Part shown: positions 6,848 through 15,538 of the stretch, in pieces
Numbering within the stretch: the stretch's first letter is position 1
Layout of the letters: each line of letters begins with the position of its first letter
Virus record (IMG/VR): IMGVR_UViG_3300034175_000022
Length of the DNA: 64,000 bases
Strand: one strand, 5' to 3'
Source: a virus
Notes under the pieces: model-generated
The model's database searches: none
The model's input: only the letters and a program-made list of their open reading frames with translations
Told to the model about the DNA's origin: nothing
Translations under genes and position numbers: made by a program

Positions 6848-7831
6848 ATGGCTCGTCGCAACAACAGCAACACCCAGTCCGACACCCAGTCCACCCCCGA
6901 GGCCCCGGAGGCCACCGTGACCAGCACCACCACCGAGGCTCCCGTCGAGCCCACCAGCACCGAGACCACCACCGAGGCGCCCGCGACCGAGGCGCCCGCC
7001 AAGCCCGAGACGGACATCACGCCGTTCCTCAGCGCTGCCGACGAGGCCCTGGCCACCGCCGACAGCTCGACCGGCGACGTGCCCGTGCCCGGCGTCGAGG
7101 CGGTCGTCAAGGCCTACAAGGGCCTCGACGGCGCGGCCAACAAGCGCGCCGCCAAGAAGCACATCGGCGAGGCGATGCTGTCCGCGATGGTCGCCAAGGA
7201 CTTCGGCCTGGCGCGCAGCTGGCTGTCGTTCCAGCAGGCGGTCGACGTGGCCCCGGCCTCGAGCGCCGCTCCCCGCACGCCGGTCGACCCGACCGAGGCC
7301 TTCGTCCAGCGCGTCGTCGGCCTGACCCTGGCAGCGGAGCTGGCCAAGGGCACCGTGCCCGAGGGCGTGGCCGAGGACTGGAGCACCAAGGCGAACGACC
7401 TCATCACGGCGGGCCGCACCGAGGCGACCGACTACCTCGCCTGGACCAACCGCGAGGCGCCCGCCGAGGGGACCGAGGACGTGGCCGAGCCCGAGGTGGC
7501 CGAGTTCGTCAAGGCTGCCGTCAAGCTGGCGCTCGGCAAGTCGGCCAAGGTCGGCACCGTTCGCAAGGCCGCGAGCACCGGCGAGCCCCGCGCCGCCTAC
7601 ACGGGCACTCGCCGTGACGTGGCCGCGCACATCAACGAGGCGTTCGCTGACAAGGAGGCCGGTGCCTTCATGACGGTCAACGAGATCCGCGCCTTCGCGT
7701 CCAGCCAGTACGAGGCGAACACCGCCTCGGCCGGTGCGATCAGCGCCCGCCTCAAGTCCGAGAAGGGCGTCGACGGCTTCGCGGCGGGCACCAACGAGGC
7801 CGGTCGCTTCGGAGCCCGCAAGCTGGGCTGA
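6848..7831 (+). CDS. Hypothetical protein with a T/E/P/A-rich N-terminal low-complexity region; paralog of the 811-1461 product
   Basis: ATG after CTGGAGG. Alignable by eye to the 811 gene over the middle and C-terminal parts. Confidence 0.8.
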   Translation: MARRNNSNTQSDTQSTPEAPEATVTSTTTEAPVEPTSTETTTEAPATEAPAKPETDITPFLSAADEALATADSSTGDVPVPGVEAVVKAYKGLDGAANKRAAKKHIGEAMLSAMVAKDFGLARSWLSFQQAVDVAPASSAAPRTPVDPTEAFVQRVVGLTLAAELAKGTVPEGVAEDWSTKANDLITAGRTEATDYLAWTNREAPAEGTEDVAEPEVAEFVKAAVKLALGKSAKVGTVRKAASTGEPRAAYTGTRRDVAAHINEAFADKEAGAFMTVNEIRAFASSQYEANTASAGAISARLKSEKGVDGFAAGTNEAGRFGARKLG

Positions 7832-7859
7832 GCAGTACCGCACCACCTGAGTCCCCCAG

Positions 7860-7892
7860 CAGTCCCCGGCTTCGTGAGCAAGCCGGGGGCTG
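7860..7892 (+). terminator. Stem-loop terminator
   Basis: CAGTCCCCGGCTT-cgtgagc-AAGCCGGGGGCTG, 29 nt after the stop. Confidence 0.65.
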
Positions 7893-8041
7893 TTGGGCTC
7901 TAACTGCCCTCACCGTGCCAATCGTCAAGCTCACCGCCAAGTGATGTACCAGCGCTTACACTTGGAGCACGGAAGTATCGAAGGCCTCGAGTCGTTTCGT
8001 TACACTTTCAACGGGACGCGCCTTTGAGCGATGAGCGAGAC

Positions 8042-8047
8042 TAGAAT
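8042..8047 (+). promoter_or_regulatory. -10 element candidate TAGAAT
   Basis: Best -10 match in the 7832-8122 intergenic region. The -35 is weak. Confidence 0.35.
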
Positions 8048-8122
8048 CATTCCGCTCCGGTGAGGGTGGCTAAAGCCCAACAGCCCATCCCACAGTATCC
8101 ACCCTGATTCAAGGAGAGTGTC

Positions 8123-8548
8123 ATGGCAGACCGCGTGATCGTCATCAAGGATGTCTTCGAGGCAGGACAAAAGGTGCTCGCCAAGGTCGGCGGTGACCAC
8201 AGCGACCCGAACACAAGAGTCGATGGCACTGGCATCAACTGCAAGTACTTCGATCTCGAGCCCGACGAGCCCTGCCCGAGCTGCTTCCTCGGCTACGTCC
8301 TGGACGAGCTGAAGCTCAAGGACCAGATCGTGAGCCTGTACCTCAACAGCGAGCCGATCAGCGAGGTGGTCGCCGCCCTCGAGGGCGAGGGCATTACCTT
8401 CGATGCCGAGGTCAAGGCCTACCTGTACAAGGCGCAGGACTTCAACGACCGGGGCGCGCCCTGGCAGGTCGTCCACCAGGAGGCCTGCGAGGCAGCCAAC
8501 TACGTCTGGGACCGCGACAACGAGGGTCCGTCCTACCCCGACGAGTAG
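8123..8548 (+). CDS. Hypothetical protein
   Basis: SD AAGGAGAG. ORF track. Confidence 0.75.
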   Translation: MADRVIVIKDVFEAGQKVLAKVGGDHSDPNTRVDGTGINCKYFDLEPDEPCPSCFLGYVLDELKLKDQIVSLYLNSEPISEVVAALEGEGITFDAEVKAYLYKAQDFNDRGAPWQVVHQEACEAANYVWDRDNEGPSYPDE

Positions 8549-8585
8549 TGCCGCCCTGTATATCGACTCACCGTTCGGCTAGCAC

Positions 8586-8623
8586 TACCTGCCAGGTATG
8601 TGCTATACTGATCTCATCGCGCC
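8586..8623 (+). promoter_or_regulatory. Promoter with extended -10 (TGcTATACT) and ATCGCGCC start region; TACCT-gcc-AGGTA palindrome in the spacer
   Basis: -10 at 8604-8609, ATCGCGCC at 8616-8623 (same 6-nt gap as the 4887 and 6607 promoters), palindrome at 8586-8598. Confidence 0.55.
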
Positions 8624-8652
8624 ACACCCATCCCGTTTACCGGAGGCCAGTC

Positions 8653-9426
8653 ATGATCTGCACCAACGGCAACAAAGCACACTCGCACGCAACGGTCATC
8701 GAGTCCAAGATCTGCTACGGACTGCTGCCCGACCCGTCCCTCGCTGCCGCCCTCGTCGGGCACGCACCCGAGCCCGTCACGCCCCGTCAGCTCGCCTACA
8801 TCATCGACCTGGGCGGCAACGAGGCCTTCGCCAAGACGCTCACGAAGAAGTCGGCGTCCGCCGAGATCGACCGCCTCAAGAAGGAGCCGAAGATGGCCGT
8901 TGCTCGCTACGTCCACGCCGAGCCCACACCTGCCTACATGGTGCCGCCCGCACCCGAGCCGCGTGACAATCGGCTGGAGATGGTCGAGATGCTCATCGAC
9001 AGCGTGCGTGACGGTCACTACGCTGTGCAGCCCGACAGCCTGACGCCCTACACGTTCCTGCGGATCAGCCGCCCCAAGAAGGGCCGCTACGCGGGCACCG
9101 TGAAGTTCCAGACGCAGCACAGCGAGGCCTACCAGACGGTCGCCGCGATCTACCCGAGCGACAAGAGGATGCGCCTCTACGGTGGCCCGGTCGTGCTCGA
9201 TCGCATCCTGCAGGTGATCGCCAACTCCACCGAGGCGGCACGCGCCTACGCTAAGGAGCTCAATCACTGCTGTCGCTGCAACAAGGAGCTCACCGACGAG
9301 CGCAGCCGCCACTACGGCATCGGCCCCGAGTGCGAGAAGGTCTGGCCGGACATGCTCGGGTCAGTCGACCTCGAGAACAACGGGTTCACCTACGAGCAGC
9401 TCCGCGCAGCGGGCCTGCACGCCTGA
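8653..9426 (+). CDS. Protein with a C-terminal CxxC-x(11)-GIGPxC zinc motif (resembles DUF6011 from memory)
   Basis: ATG after CGGAGG. C-terminus CCRCNKELTDERSRHYGIGPECEK. Confidence 0.75.
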   Translation: MICTNGNKAHSHATVIESKICYGLLPDPSLAAALVGHAPEPVTPRQLAYIIDLGGNEAFAKTLTKKSASAEIDRLKKEPKMAVARYVHAEPTPAYMVPPAPEPRDNRLEMVEMLIDSVRDGHYAVQPDSLTPYTFLRISRPKKGRYAGTVKFQTQHSEAYQTVAAIYPSDKRMRLYGGPVVLDRILQVIANSTEAARAYAKELNHCCRCNKELTDERSRHYGIGPECEKVWPDMLGSVDLENNGFTYEQLRAAGLHA

Positions 9427-9428
9427 TC

Positions 9429-9866
9429 ATGTCGGGCAAGAGCGTCATCGCAAGTTTCGTCGCGGGTGTTGCCTTCTGTGCCGTGTTCTTTGTCGGCGAT
9501 GACGGTGACACCCGCGTCGAGACGCGCGTGGTCAAGGTTCCCGTCATCAAGACTCGCACGATCGACAAGGAGGTCCGCGTAACCCTGCCATTGCCCGACT
9601 CATGCAAGCGTCTCGCTGATCTCTACACCGCAGCAGGCGAGAACGAGGACGCAATCAGCTCAGCCGCAGGCAAGATCGAAGCAGCACTGGACAACCTCAC
9701 CCGTGACGCACAGGGAAGGGATATCAAGGGTCTCAACGACGCAATGCAGGTCATCCTAGAGCAGCGTAGGCTGCTCACCACATCACAGAATGCGAGGTCG
9801 GCTTCGCTCGCGAACACTGACTACATGACCGACAAGTGCAACACTGACATCAAGGAGGCCGAGTAG
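9429..9866 (+). CDS. N-terminally membrane-anchored protein
   Basis: ATG 2 nt after the upstream stop. TM segment VIASFVAGVAFCAVFFV. Confidence 0.7.
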   Translation: MSGKSVIASFVAGVAFCAVFFVGDDGDTRVETRVVKVPVIKTRTIDKEVRVTLPLPDSCKRLADLYTAAGENEDAISSAAGKIEAALDNLTRDAQGRDIKGLNDAMQVILEQRRLLTTSQNARSASLANTDYMTDKCNTDIKEAE

Positions 9867-9867
9867 T

Positions 9868-10290
9868 ATGAAGTACGACACAGACACCTTCGACGGTGAC
9901 GCTCGACTCGAGCGCTTCACGACCTACGCCACCGAGGTTCGCCTCAAGAGAGAGCGCGACCGACTCGAGGCGCGCACTGCAGCACTCGATGCTCGCATCG
10001 CGCTGATCGAGTCGATGCCCAAGGAGCCGCTGCCCACCGAGGGTGACTCGAACCCGGTCGTCCACTGGACGAAGAACTTCGGCAACCCGAACGGCAAGAC
10101 GTACTCCTACGCAGCGATCCGCAGCAACGAGGGTGAGGGCCGCTGGTTCATCACCGGGCGCACGGCTTCCAGCGGTGATCGGAACTCACCCCGTGGCGTC
10201 ACCTGGGATGAGCTCGTCCTGTTCGCCGTCGATCGCGAGACCGAGGCGCCCGTCTTCATGGTCGCCACCACCTGGCACTACCTCGACTGA
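9868..10290 (+). CDS. Hypothetical protein
   Basis: ORF track. Tightly packed against the upstream gene. Confidence 0.7.
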   Translation: MKYDTDTFDGDARLERFTTYATEVRLKRERDRLEARTAALDARIALIESMPKEPLPTEGDSNPVVHWTKNFGNPNGKTYSYAAIRSNEGEGRWFITGRTASSGDRNSPRGVTWDELVLFAVDRETEAPVFMVATTWHYLD

Positions 10291-10333
10291 CCAGCACGGT
10301 CACCCACCCGCTCACCTCACGGAGGATCAAGAC

Positions 10334-10642
10334 ATGACAACCGAACGCACGCGCCACCCGAGGCTCTCGTCGAGCCGCGATCGACCCAAGGGCTTCATGC
10401 CCTGGTCGGAGTCACCCGTCCTGTGCAAGTACCTCGAGCAGACCGAGGACGCCGAGGTCATCAAGACAACCGAATGTACCATCACGGCTGTCGTCAGAGT
10501 CACCGTCAGGAACAACGGCATGATCTTCGACGTGCCGCTGTGTAGCGTTCACCAGCGCATCTTCAACTCACAGAAGGCCAGCCAGCGCAAGCGTCGTCAG
10601 CAGACGCCGGGCAACCTCGACAGCTCGCCCATCCAGAACTAA
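10334..10642 (+). CDS. Hypothetical protein
   Basis: ATG after ACGGAGGA. The upstream part of ORF 10043.. overlaps the previous gene and looks non-coding. Confidence 0.65.
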   Translation: MTTERTRHPRLSSSRDRPKGFMPWSESPVLCKYLEQTEDAEVIKTTECTITAVVRVTVRNNGMIFDVPLCSVHQRIFNSQKASQRKRRQQTPGNLDSSPIQN

Positions 10643-10670
10643 CCTACCCTCACCGAGGAGAGCACACAGT

Positions 10671-12248
10671 ATGCAAACAGTCAGCGGCTCGAACATGACC
10701 ATCGAGAAGAAGTCCTGCACCAGCTGCCCGTCCTACCTCCAGCGAGGGCCGGACGCGACGATGGCCTTTAAGAAGAATGTTGGCGCGCCCATGTGCGCCA
10801 AGTTCGGTCACGTCCTCGGGCGTGGCGGCGACAAGGCGAGCGCGCAGTCCGACAAGGCCATCGCCGAGGAGTTCGCCACCAACTGCAGCCAGTACGGCTA
10901 CACGCGCAGCATCGTCGACCTGCCGATGCCGAGTGTCGCGTTCCCCAATCCCGAGGTGCTGGTCAAGGGCAAGCCGGTCGGCACATCGAGGCTCGGAAGC
11001 TGCGCGATGTGCATCAACTTCATTCCCGAGAGCACCGTACACCGTGAGCTCGGCTGGAACGCTGGCATGTGCTCAGCCAAGGGTCGTCTGATCCTGGGCA
11101 ACAACCTGGCCACGGCGGCTCGAGGCTGCGAGTGGGCTGAGTTCGGGCCGCAGCGCAACAACACCTCGGGCATGACGCTGCTCCCCGCCTTCGACGAGAA
11201 CTTCGGTTCGTCGAAGTTCTCGCTGGCCAAGCAGTTCTTCGAGTCGAAGGCACACTTCGTGGAGCCGCATGAGTACCCGACCGACAAGGACGTGAGCGCC
11301 GAGGACGTTCTCGCTGGCATCCGGGCCTGGCGCAAGGTCACTGACCCCGAGGGTACCGGCAACTTCAGTTTCCTGCCGATCTTCGACCCCAACTACTTCG
11401 ACGAGATCGAGCGCAGCAAGATCCCGCGCAGCGGGGACGACGAGCACCCCGAGATGTACGTCGACCACTTCGGCGGCGTGTACCTCGCGGCGATCGTCTG
11501 GATGGAGCTCGACGAGACTCCCGCACTGTGGGGCGAGGCTGGCGTCGGAAAGACGGAGCTGTTCCGTCACCTCGCGTGGCTGATGTGCCTCCCCTTCGAG
11601 CGCATCTCGATCACCGCCACCACCGAGCTGGACGACCTCATCGGCAAGACGAAGTTCACGCCTGAGCGTGGCACGTTCTTCGAGTACGGTCGTCTGCCGA
11701 AGGCATGGAACAAGCCCTGCGTCGTAGTGCTGGACGAGCCGAACACCGGACAGCCCGAGGTCTGGCAGGTGCTGCGTCCCCTCACGGACAACAGCAAGCA
11801 GCTCGTGGTCGACACTAACGAGGGCGAGCGCATCACGCGCAACGAGTTCGCCTTCCCCGGCTTCGCCATGAATCCCGCCTGGGACCCAAAGAACGTTGGC
11901 ACTCACGAGATCGGTGACGCCGACGCATCGCGCCTGTTCCACGTCTACATCGGACTCCCGCCCGAGGAGCTCGAGCGGGAGATCATCAGCGCCCGCGTCA
12001 AGCTGGATGGCTGGGAGATCAGCCGTCAGCAGCTCGACATGGTGATGAGGGTCGCCACCGATGTTCGAGCCCTCGTCAAGCTCGGTACCCTGCCGATCAC
12101 CTGGGGCATCCGCCCGCAGATCAAGGCCGCTCGTGCGCTGCGCTGGTTCGATCCAGTCACCGCTTACAAGCGAGCCATCGGTGACTTCATGGAGCCCGAA
12201 GCACAAGAGGCTCTGCTCGACCAAGTCCGCGCTCACGCACCGTCCTGA
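10671..12248 (+). CDS. CobS/MoxR-like AAA+ ATPase with a ~190-aa N-terminal extension holding two Cys-rich modules
   Basis: Walker A GEAGVGKT, Walker B VVVLDEPN, general AAA_5/CobS-like layout. N-terminus has a duplicated CxxC...MC(A/S)K(F)G...C pattern. Confidence 0.88.
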   Translation: MQTVSGSNMTIEKKSCTSCPSYLQRGPDATMAFKKNVGAPMCAKFGHVLGRGGDKASAQSDKAIAEEFATNCSQYGYTRSIVDLPMPSVAFPNPEVLVKGKPVGTSRLGSCAMCINFIPESTVHRELGWNAGMCSAKGRLILGNNLATAARGCEWAEFGPQRNNTSGMTLLPAFDENFGSSKFSLAKQFFESKAHFVEPHEYPTDKDVSAEDVLAGIRAWRKVTDPEGTGNFSFLPIFDPNYFDEIERSKIPRSGDDEHPEMYVDHFGGVYLAAIVWMELDETPALWGEAGVGKTELFRHLAWLMCLPFERISITATTELDDLIGKTKFTPERGTFFEYGRLPKAWNKPCVVVLDEPNTGQPEVWQVLRPLTDNSKQLVVDTNEGERITRNEFAFPGFAMNPAWDPKNVGTHEIGDADASRLFHVYIGLPPEELEREIISARVKLDGWEISRQQLDMVMRVATDVRALVKLGTLPITWGIRPQIKAARALRWFDPVTAYKRAIGDFMEPEAQEALLDQVRAHAPS

Positions 12249-12262
12249 AGGGAGGTCAGACT

Positions 12263-14758
12263 ATGCCCGCAATCGTAGACGACACTGCACTCAAGGCTGC
12301 ACGCGCAGTCAAGACGTTCCGCTCGATGAACCCGACCCTGACCTCGTACGCCCGCGCCCTCTCGGGTCGCAAGGACGTGACCGTGGTGCTGGACGCTCGT
12401 AGCAACGGGGCGACGGACGGGACCAAGATCTTCTACTCCCCACCGATCAGCCTCGGCGACAACTCCCCGCACGAGTCGCGCAAGTGCAACCGTCGGGGCG
12501 AGAACAAGCAGCAGCAGTGCGCTGCGTGCGCGATCCGCGAGGAGGTGCTCGCGACGATCTACCACGAGATCGCGCACATCTGCTTCGAGTCCTTCGTTTC
12601 CAACAAGACCTGGATCGACAACAGGGACGAGGCCTTCGCGTTCATCAAGTCCACCGAGGGTGACTACGCGGACAAGATCTGGGAGCGCGTCCAGCAGAAC
12701 CGCTACTCGGTGACGACGTTCGTTCAGCTCGCGCACCTGGTCAACCCGTACATGGCCTTCCTGTGGAACGCACTGGAGGACGCCCGCGTCAACCAGGCAC
12801 TGTTCCGCGCCCGCAACGGTACGCGGGGCATGATGGAGGCCTCGGACATCAAGACCTTCACGCAGGGCGTGCAGCAGCAGGTCGACGCGGTCACCGGCGA
12901 GGCCAAGGTTCTCAAGTGGTCCGAGTACCCGCTCAACTCGCAGGTAATGGTTGGCCTGTACTGCATGGCCTGCGAGTACGATTTCACAGACTGGTTCGCA
13001 CCCGAGGTCGTCGCGGCACTGAACGACACAAAGCTGCGGATGCTGGTCAACCGGCTCGACAGCACCCGCACGGTCGAGGCCGTCTGGTCGCTAAGCTTCC
13101 CGGTCCTGGTACGGCTGCGGGAGCTGGGCTTCTGCCTGGACGAGCGCGACCCGCAGCCCGATCCGGAGCCGGAGCCGGAGCCCGAGGAGCAGGACGAGTC
13201 CGTGTTCGAGAACGACACATCCAAGTCTAACCCTCAGTCCGAGGGCGAGACTTCCGAGGACGACAGCGAGGAGTCAGGCGATGAGCAAGAGGGTACTGAC
13301 GGTGGGGAGGATTCGCCGGGAGTCGGGAGTGACTCTGGTGACGGAGACGAGCCTGGATGGGAACTGGAGGATGATGCACCTCCCGCAGAAGATGCAAGTC
13401 ACGGTGACGATGAGGATGCCTCACCCGACGACGGGGAAGCCGGTGACAGTGGCGGAGAGGGAGACGCTGCTGGTCCTGCCGGTGATGCGGGAAAGCCCGA
13501 TGGAGCAGGCGAAGCGGGCAAGTCTGTACCTGACGAGTCGGGTGATGAGGAAGACGGCGAGCCTACTGGTGGAGGCACTGACGCCCCCGCCGACGATCTC
13601 GAGTCTGACAGCGATCCTGACGGCGAAGATGCCGACGCTTCCGCCGATGCCGAGTGTGACAGTGAAGTCGGAGGCTCCGATTCTGCCGAAGAGACTGACG
13701 AAGCCTCCGACGACGAGTCCGAAGGCGAAGCCGACAAGGCAGTAACTGATCACGGCGAGTGGAAGAGCGCTGACTACGGCACCGTCGAGGAGAACCAGCA
13801 GGCACTCAAGTTCTGGGCCGGTCACGAGGAGCAGCACACTCATGACGATTCCGAGCACAGTGGCGAGACCGAGGCGATGAAGATCGCCATCCAGCAGGGG
13901 CACTACTTCGACACCAGCTCAGCGAACGTGCTGGGTGTCAACGAGGTTCGCTACAGCGATCCGCAGAGCGAGTACAGCGCATGGGTCGACTTCCAGGACC
14001 GAGGCAATACCGGCAAGCCGATCATCATCTCCGAGTCGATTCTCGGTCCGGCCCTTCAGCAGATGCGCGTTGCCTTCTCGGAGAACCAGCGCAGCAAGCA
14101 GGAGCGCAACCTCAAGTCCGGCAAGGTCCGGCCCGGGGTGCTGGGCAAGCGCGCACACTTCGGTGACGAGCGGCTCTTCCAGAAGAAGCACATCGCTGGC
14201 AAGCGCAACTACGCAGTCGAGATCGGGATGGACATCTCGGGATCGACGGCCGGGGAGAACATCGAGCTCATGCGTGAGGCCGTCACGGCTCAGGCTGAGC
14301 TGTGCAAGCGGATGGGCGTCGAGTTCTCCATCATGGCCCACTCCACGAAGGTCTCCCACGAGGACGGCATGATGATGGAGGTCTACCACATCAAGGAGGC
14401 GTTCGAGCCTTGGAGTGACTCGACCCGCCAGCGGCTGGCCGAGATCAACGCTCACAGCGGCAACCTAGACGGGCACGCGCTCGAGTACCTGCGCAAGAAG
14501 TGCGACAGGTCATCGGCTACTGACAAGATCATCCTGTACTACTCGGATGGTGCGATGCCTGCATCCAACCGCCGCGAGGAGCTCGAGATCCTCCAGCGCG
14601 AGATCGCTAACTGCAAGCGTCTCGGCTACACACTGCTCGGGGTGGGCATCAACACGTCCAGCCCCGAGAAGCACGGCTTGCCGACCGCCCGAGTGGACAG
14701 CCACGAGGACGTTAGCAAAGTCGTGAAGCACCTACAGAAGTTCCTGCTCGCCCGGTGA
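12263..14758 (+). CDS. CobT-like protein: N-terminal HExxH region, ~210-aa acidic disordered linker, C-terminal VWA domain
   Basis: SD GGGAGG. HEIAH and ALEDARVN motifs, D/E/G/S-rich stretch, MIDAS DISGST. Directly follows the AAA+ gene. Confidence 0.88.
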   Translation: MPAIVDDTALKAARAVKTFRSMNPTLTSYARALSGRKDVTVVLDARSNGATDGTKIFYSPPISLGDNSPHESRKCNRRGENKQQQCAACAIREEVLATIYHEIAHICFESFVSNKTWIDNRDEAFAFIKSTEGDYADKIWERVQQNRYSVTTFVQLAHLVNPYMAFLWNALEDARVNQALFRARNGTRGMMEASDIKTFTQGVQQQVDAVTGEAKVLKWSEYPLNSQVMVGLYCMACEYDFTDWFAPEVVAALNDTKLRMLVNRLDSTRTVEAVWSLSFPVLVRLRELGFCLDERDPQPDPEPEPEPEEQDESVFENDTSKSNPQSEGETSEDDSEESGDEQEGTDGGEDSPGVGSDSGDGDEPGWELEDDAPPAEDASHGDDEDASPDDGEAGDSGGEGDAAGPAGDAGKPDGAGEAGKSVPDESGDEEDGEPTGGGTDAPADDLESDSDPDGEDADASADAECDSEVGGSDSAEETDEASDDESEGEADKAVTDHGEWKSADYGTVEENQQALKFWAGHEEQHTHDDSEHSGETEAMKIAIQQGHYFDTSSANVLGVNEVRYSDPQSEYSAWVDFQDRGNTGKPIIISESILGPALQQMRVAFSENQRSKQERNLKSGKVRPGVLGKRAHFGDERLFQKKHIAGKRNYAVEIGMDISGSTAGENIELMREAVTAQAELCKRMGVEFSIMAHSTKVSHEDGMMMEVYHIKEAFEPWSDSTRQRLAEINAHSGNLDGHALEYLRKKCDRSSATDKIILYYSDGAMPASNRREELEILQREIANCKRLGYTLLGVGINTSSPEKHGLPTARVDSHEDVSKVVKHLQKFLLAR

Positions 14759-14791
14759 TCGCACCGATAGTGAGCCGGTGACCGTATCCCC

Positions 14792-14821
14792 TTGCGCGTG
14801 CCCCACGGGTCATGCAATGAT
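14792..14821 (+). promoter_or_regulatory. Promoter candidate TTGCGC-18-(TGc)AATGAT
   Basis: TGCAATGAT differs by 1 nt from the TGCTATGAT element at 15495-15503. Confidence 0.35.
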
Positions 14822-14848
14822 CGGACACGACACCAGCAGTACCCCCTG

Positions 14849-14882
14849 GGCGGGGCGTCCTACCCCCGTAGGACGCCCCGCC
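14849..14882 (+). terminator. Perfect 15-bp stem, 4-nt loop hairpin
   Basis: GGCGGGGCGTCCTAC-cccc-GTAGGACGCCCCGCC, after the VWA gene and before the 14917 gene. Confidence 0.65.
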
Positions 14883-14916
14883 TCCCCAGCCGCCAAGCAT
14901 GAGGAGACACAGCATC

Positions 14917-15333
14917 ATGAGCGTCGAGAACATCAGCCAGTACGAGAACCAGAAGATCATCCTGACCGTCGAGGTCGACGGCTCGAACGCCGAGCTCGAG
15001 GGCACGGCCCTGGCCGCGAACGAGATGGGCGTCCTGCTCCGCCCGAAGGGCAAGGTCAGCTCGGACCTCTACGAGGCCGCGAAGATCGAGTCCATCCGGC
15101 TCGCCCCGGTCAACAGCTCGGAGCTCAAGGCGTCCGAGCTGAAGATCGTCAAGGTCGGCAGCACCCGCAAGCACCTGCTCGACCGGCACGGCTACACGCT
15201 CGCCCAGGTCAACACGGTCGCGGAGCTGGATGCCTACGAGGCGCACAGCGAGCTCGACCACAGCGGCCTCGGTCACACGCACGTCGAGTCGACCGAGACC
15301 CCGGCAGAGGCTGCCGTCGCAGCCGAGGGCTGA
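14917..15333 (+). CDS. Hypothetical protein bracketed by two strong hairpins
   Basis: ATG after GAGGAGA, in frame with ORF 14899... Confidence 0.7.
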   Translation: MSVENISQYENQKIILTVEVDGSNAELEGTALAANEMGVLLRPKGKVSSDLYEAAKIESIRLAPVNSSELKASELKIVKVGSTRKHLLDRHGYTLAQVNTVAELDAYEAHSELDHSGLGHTHVESTETPAEAAVAAEG

Positions 15334-15436
15334 GAACCTGCGTCGGGTGCGACGAGCCCCGATGCAGTAGCGAGCGGATTACAGTCCGCTTCGCGCCTGG
15401 AAATCCTGCCCCCATCACAGGTGACTCCAGATGAAT

Positions 15437-15476
15437 CCAGCCCGGCACCTTGAGTTTAGGCTCGGTGCCGGGCTGG
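15437..15476 (+). terminator. 13-bp stem terminator
   Basis: CCAGCCCGGCACC-14 nt-GGTGCCGGGCTGG. Confidence 0.65.
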
Positions 15477-15485
15477 ACCTTTCTC

Positions 15486-15516
15486 GCTACCTAGTGCTAT
15501 GATGGAACCAGGTAGC
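15486..15516 (+). promoter_or_regulatory. Extended -10 promoter (TGcTATGAT) flanked by the inverted repeat GCTACCT/AGGTAGC
   Basis: -10 at 15498-15503. The 7-bp arms at 15486-15492 and 15510-15516 bracket it. Confidence 0.5.
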
Positions 15517-15538
15517 CCACCTATGACTGGAGGCATGT

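Noticed and set aside
10043-10333. N-terminal 97 codons of ORF 10043-10642
   Set aside because: They overlap gene 9868-10290 out of frame and give an Arg/Ser/Thr/Pro-rich translation. A good SD plus ATG at 10334 gives a cleaner gene model.
13150-13790. Acidic D/E/G/S-rich stretch with short PE/GD repeats, considered as a separate low-complexity repeat element or separate gene
   Set aside because: It is in frame and continuous with the flanking HExxH and VWA parts of one ORF. CobT proteins are known to have an acidic linker, although this one seems unusually long.
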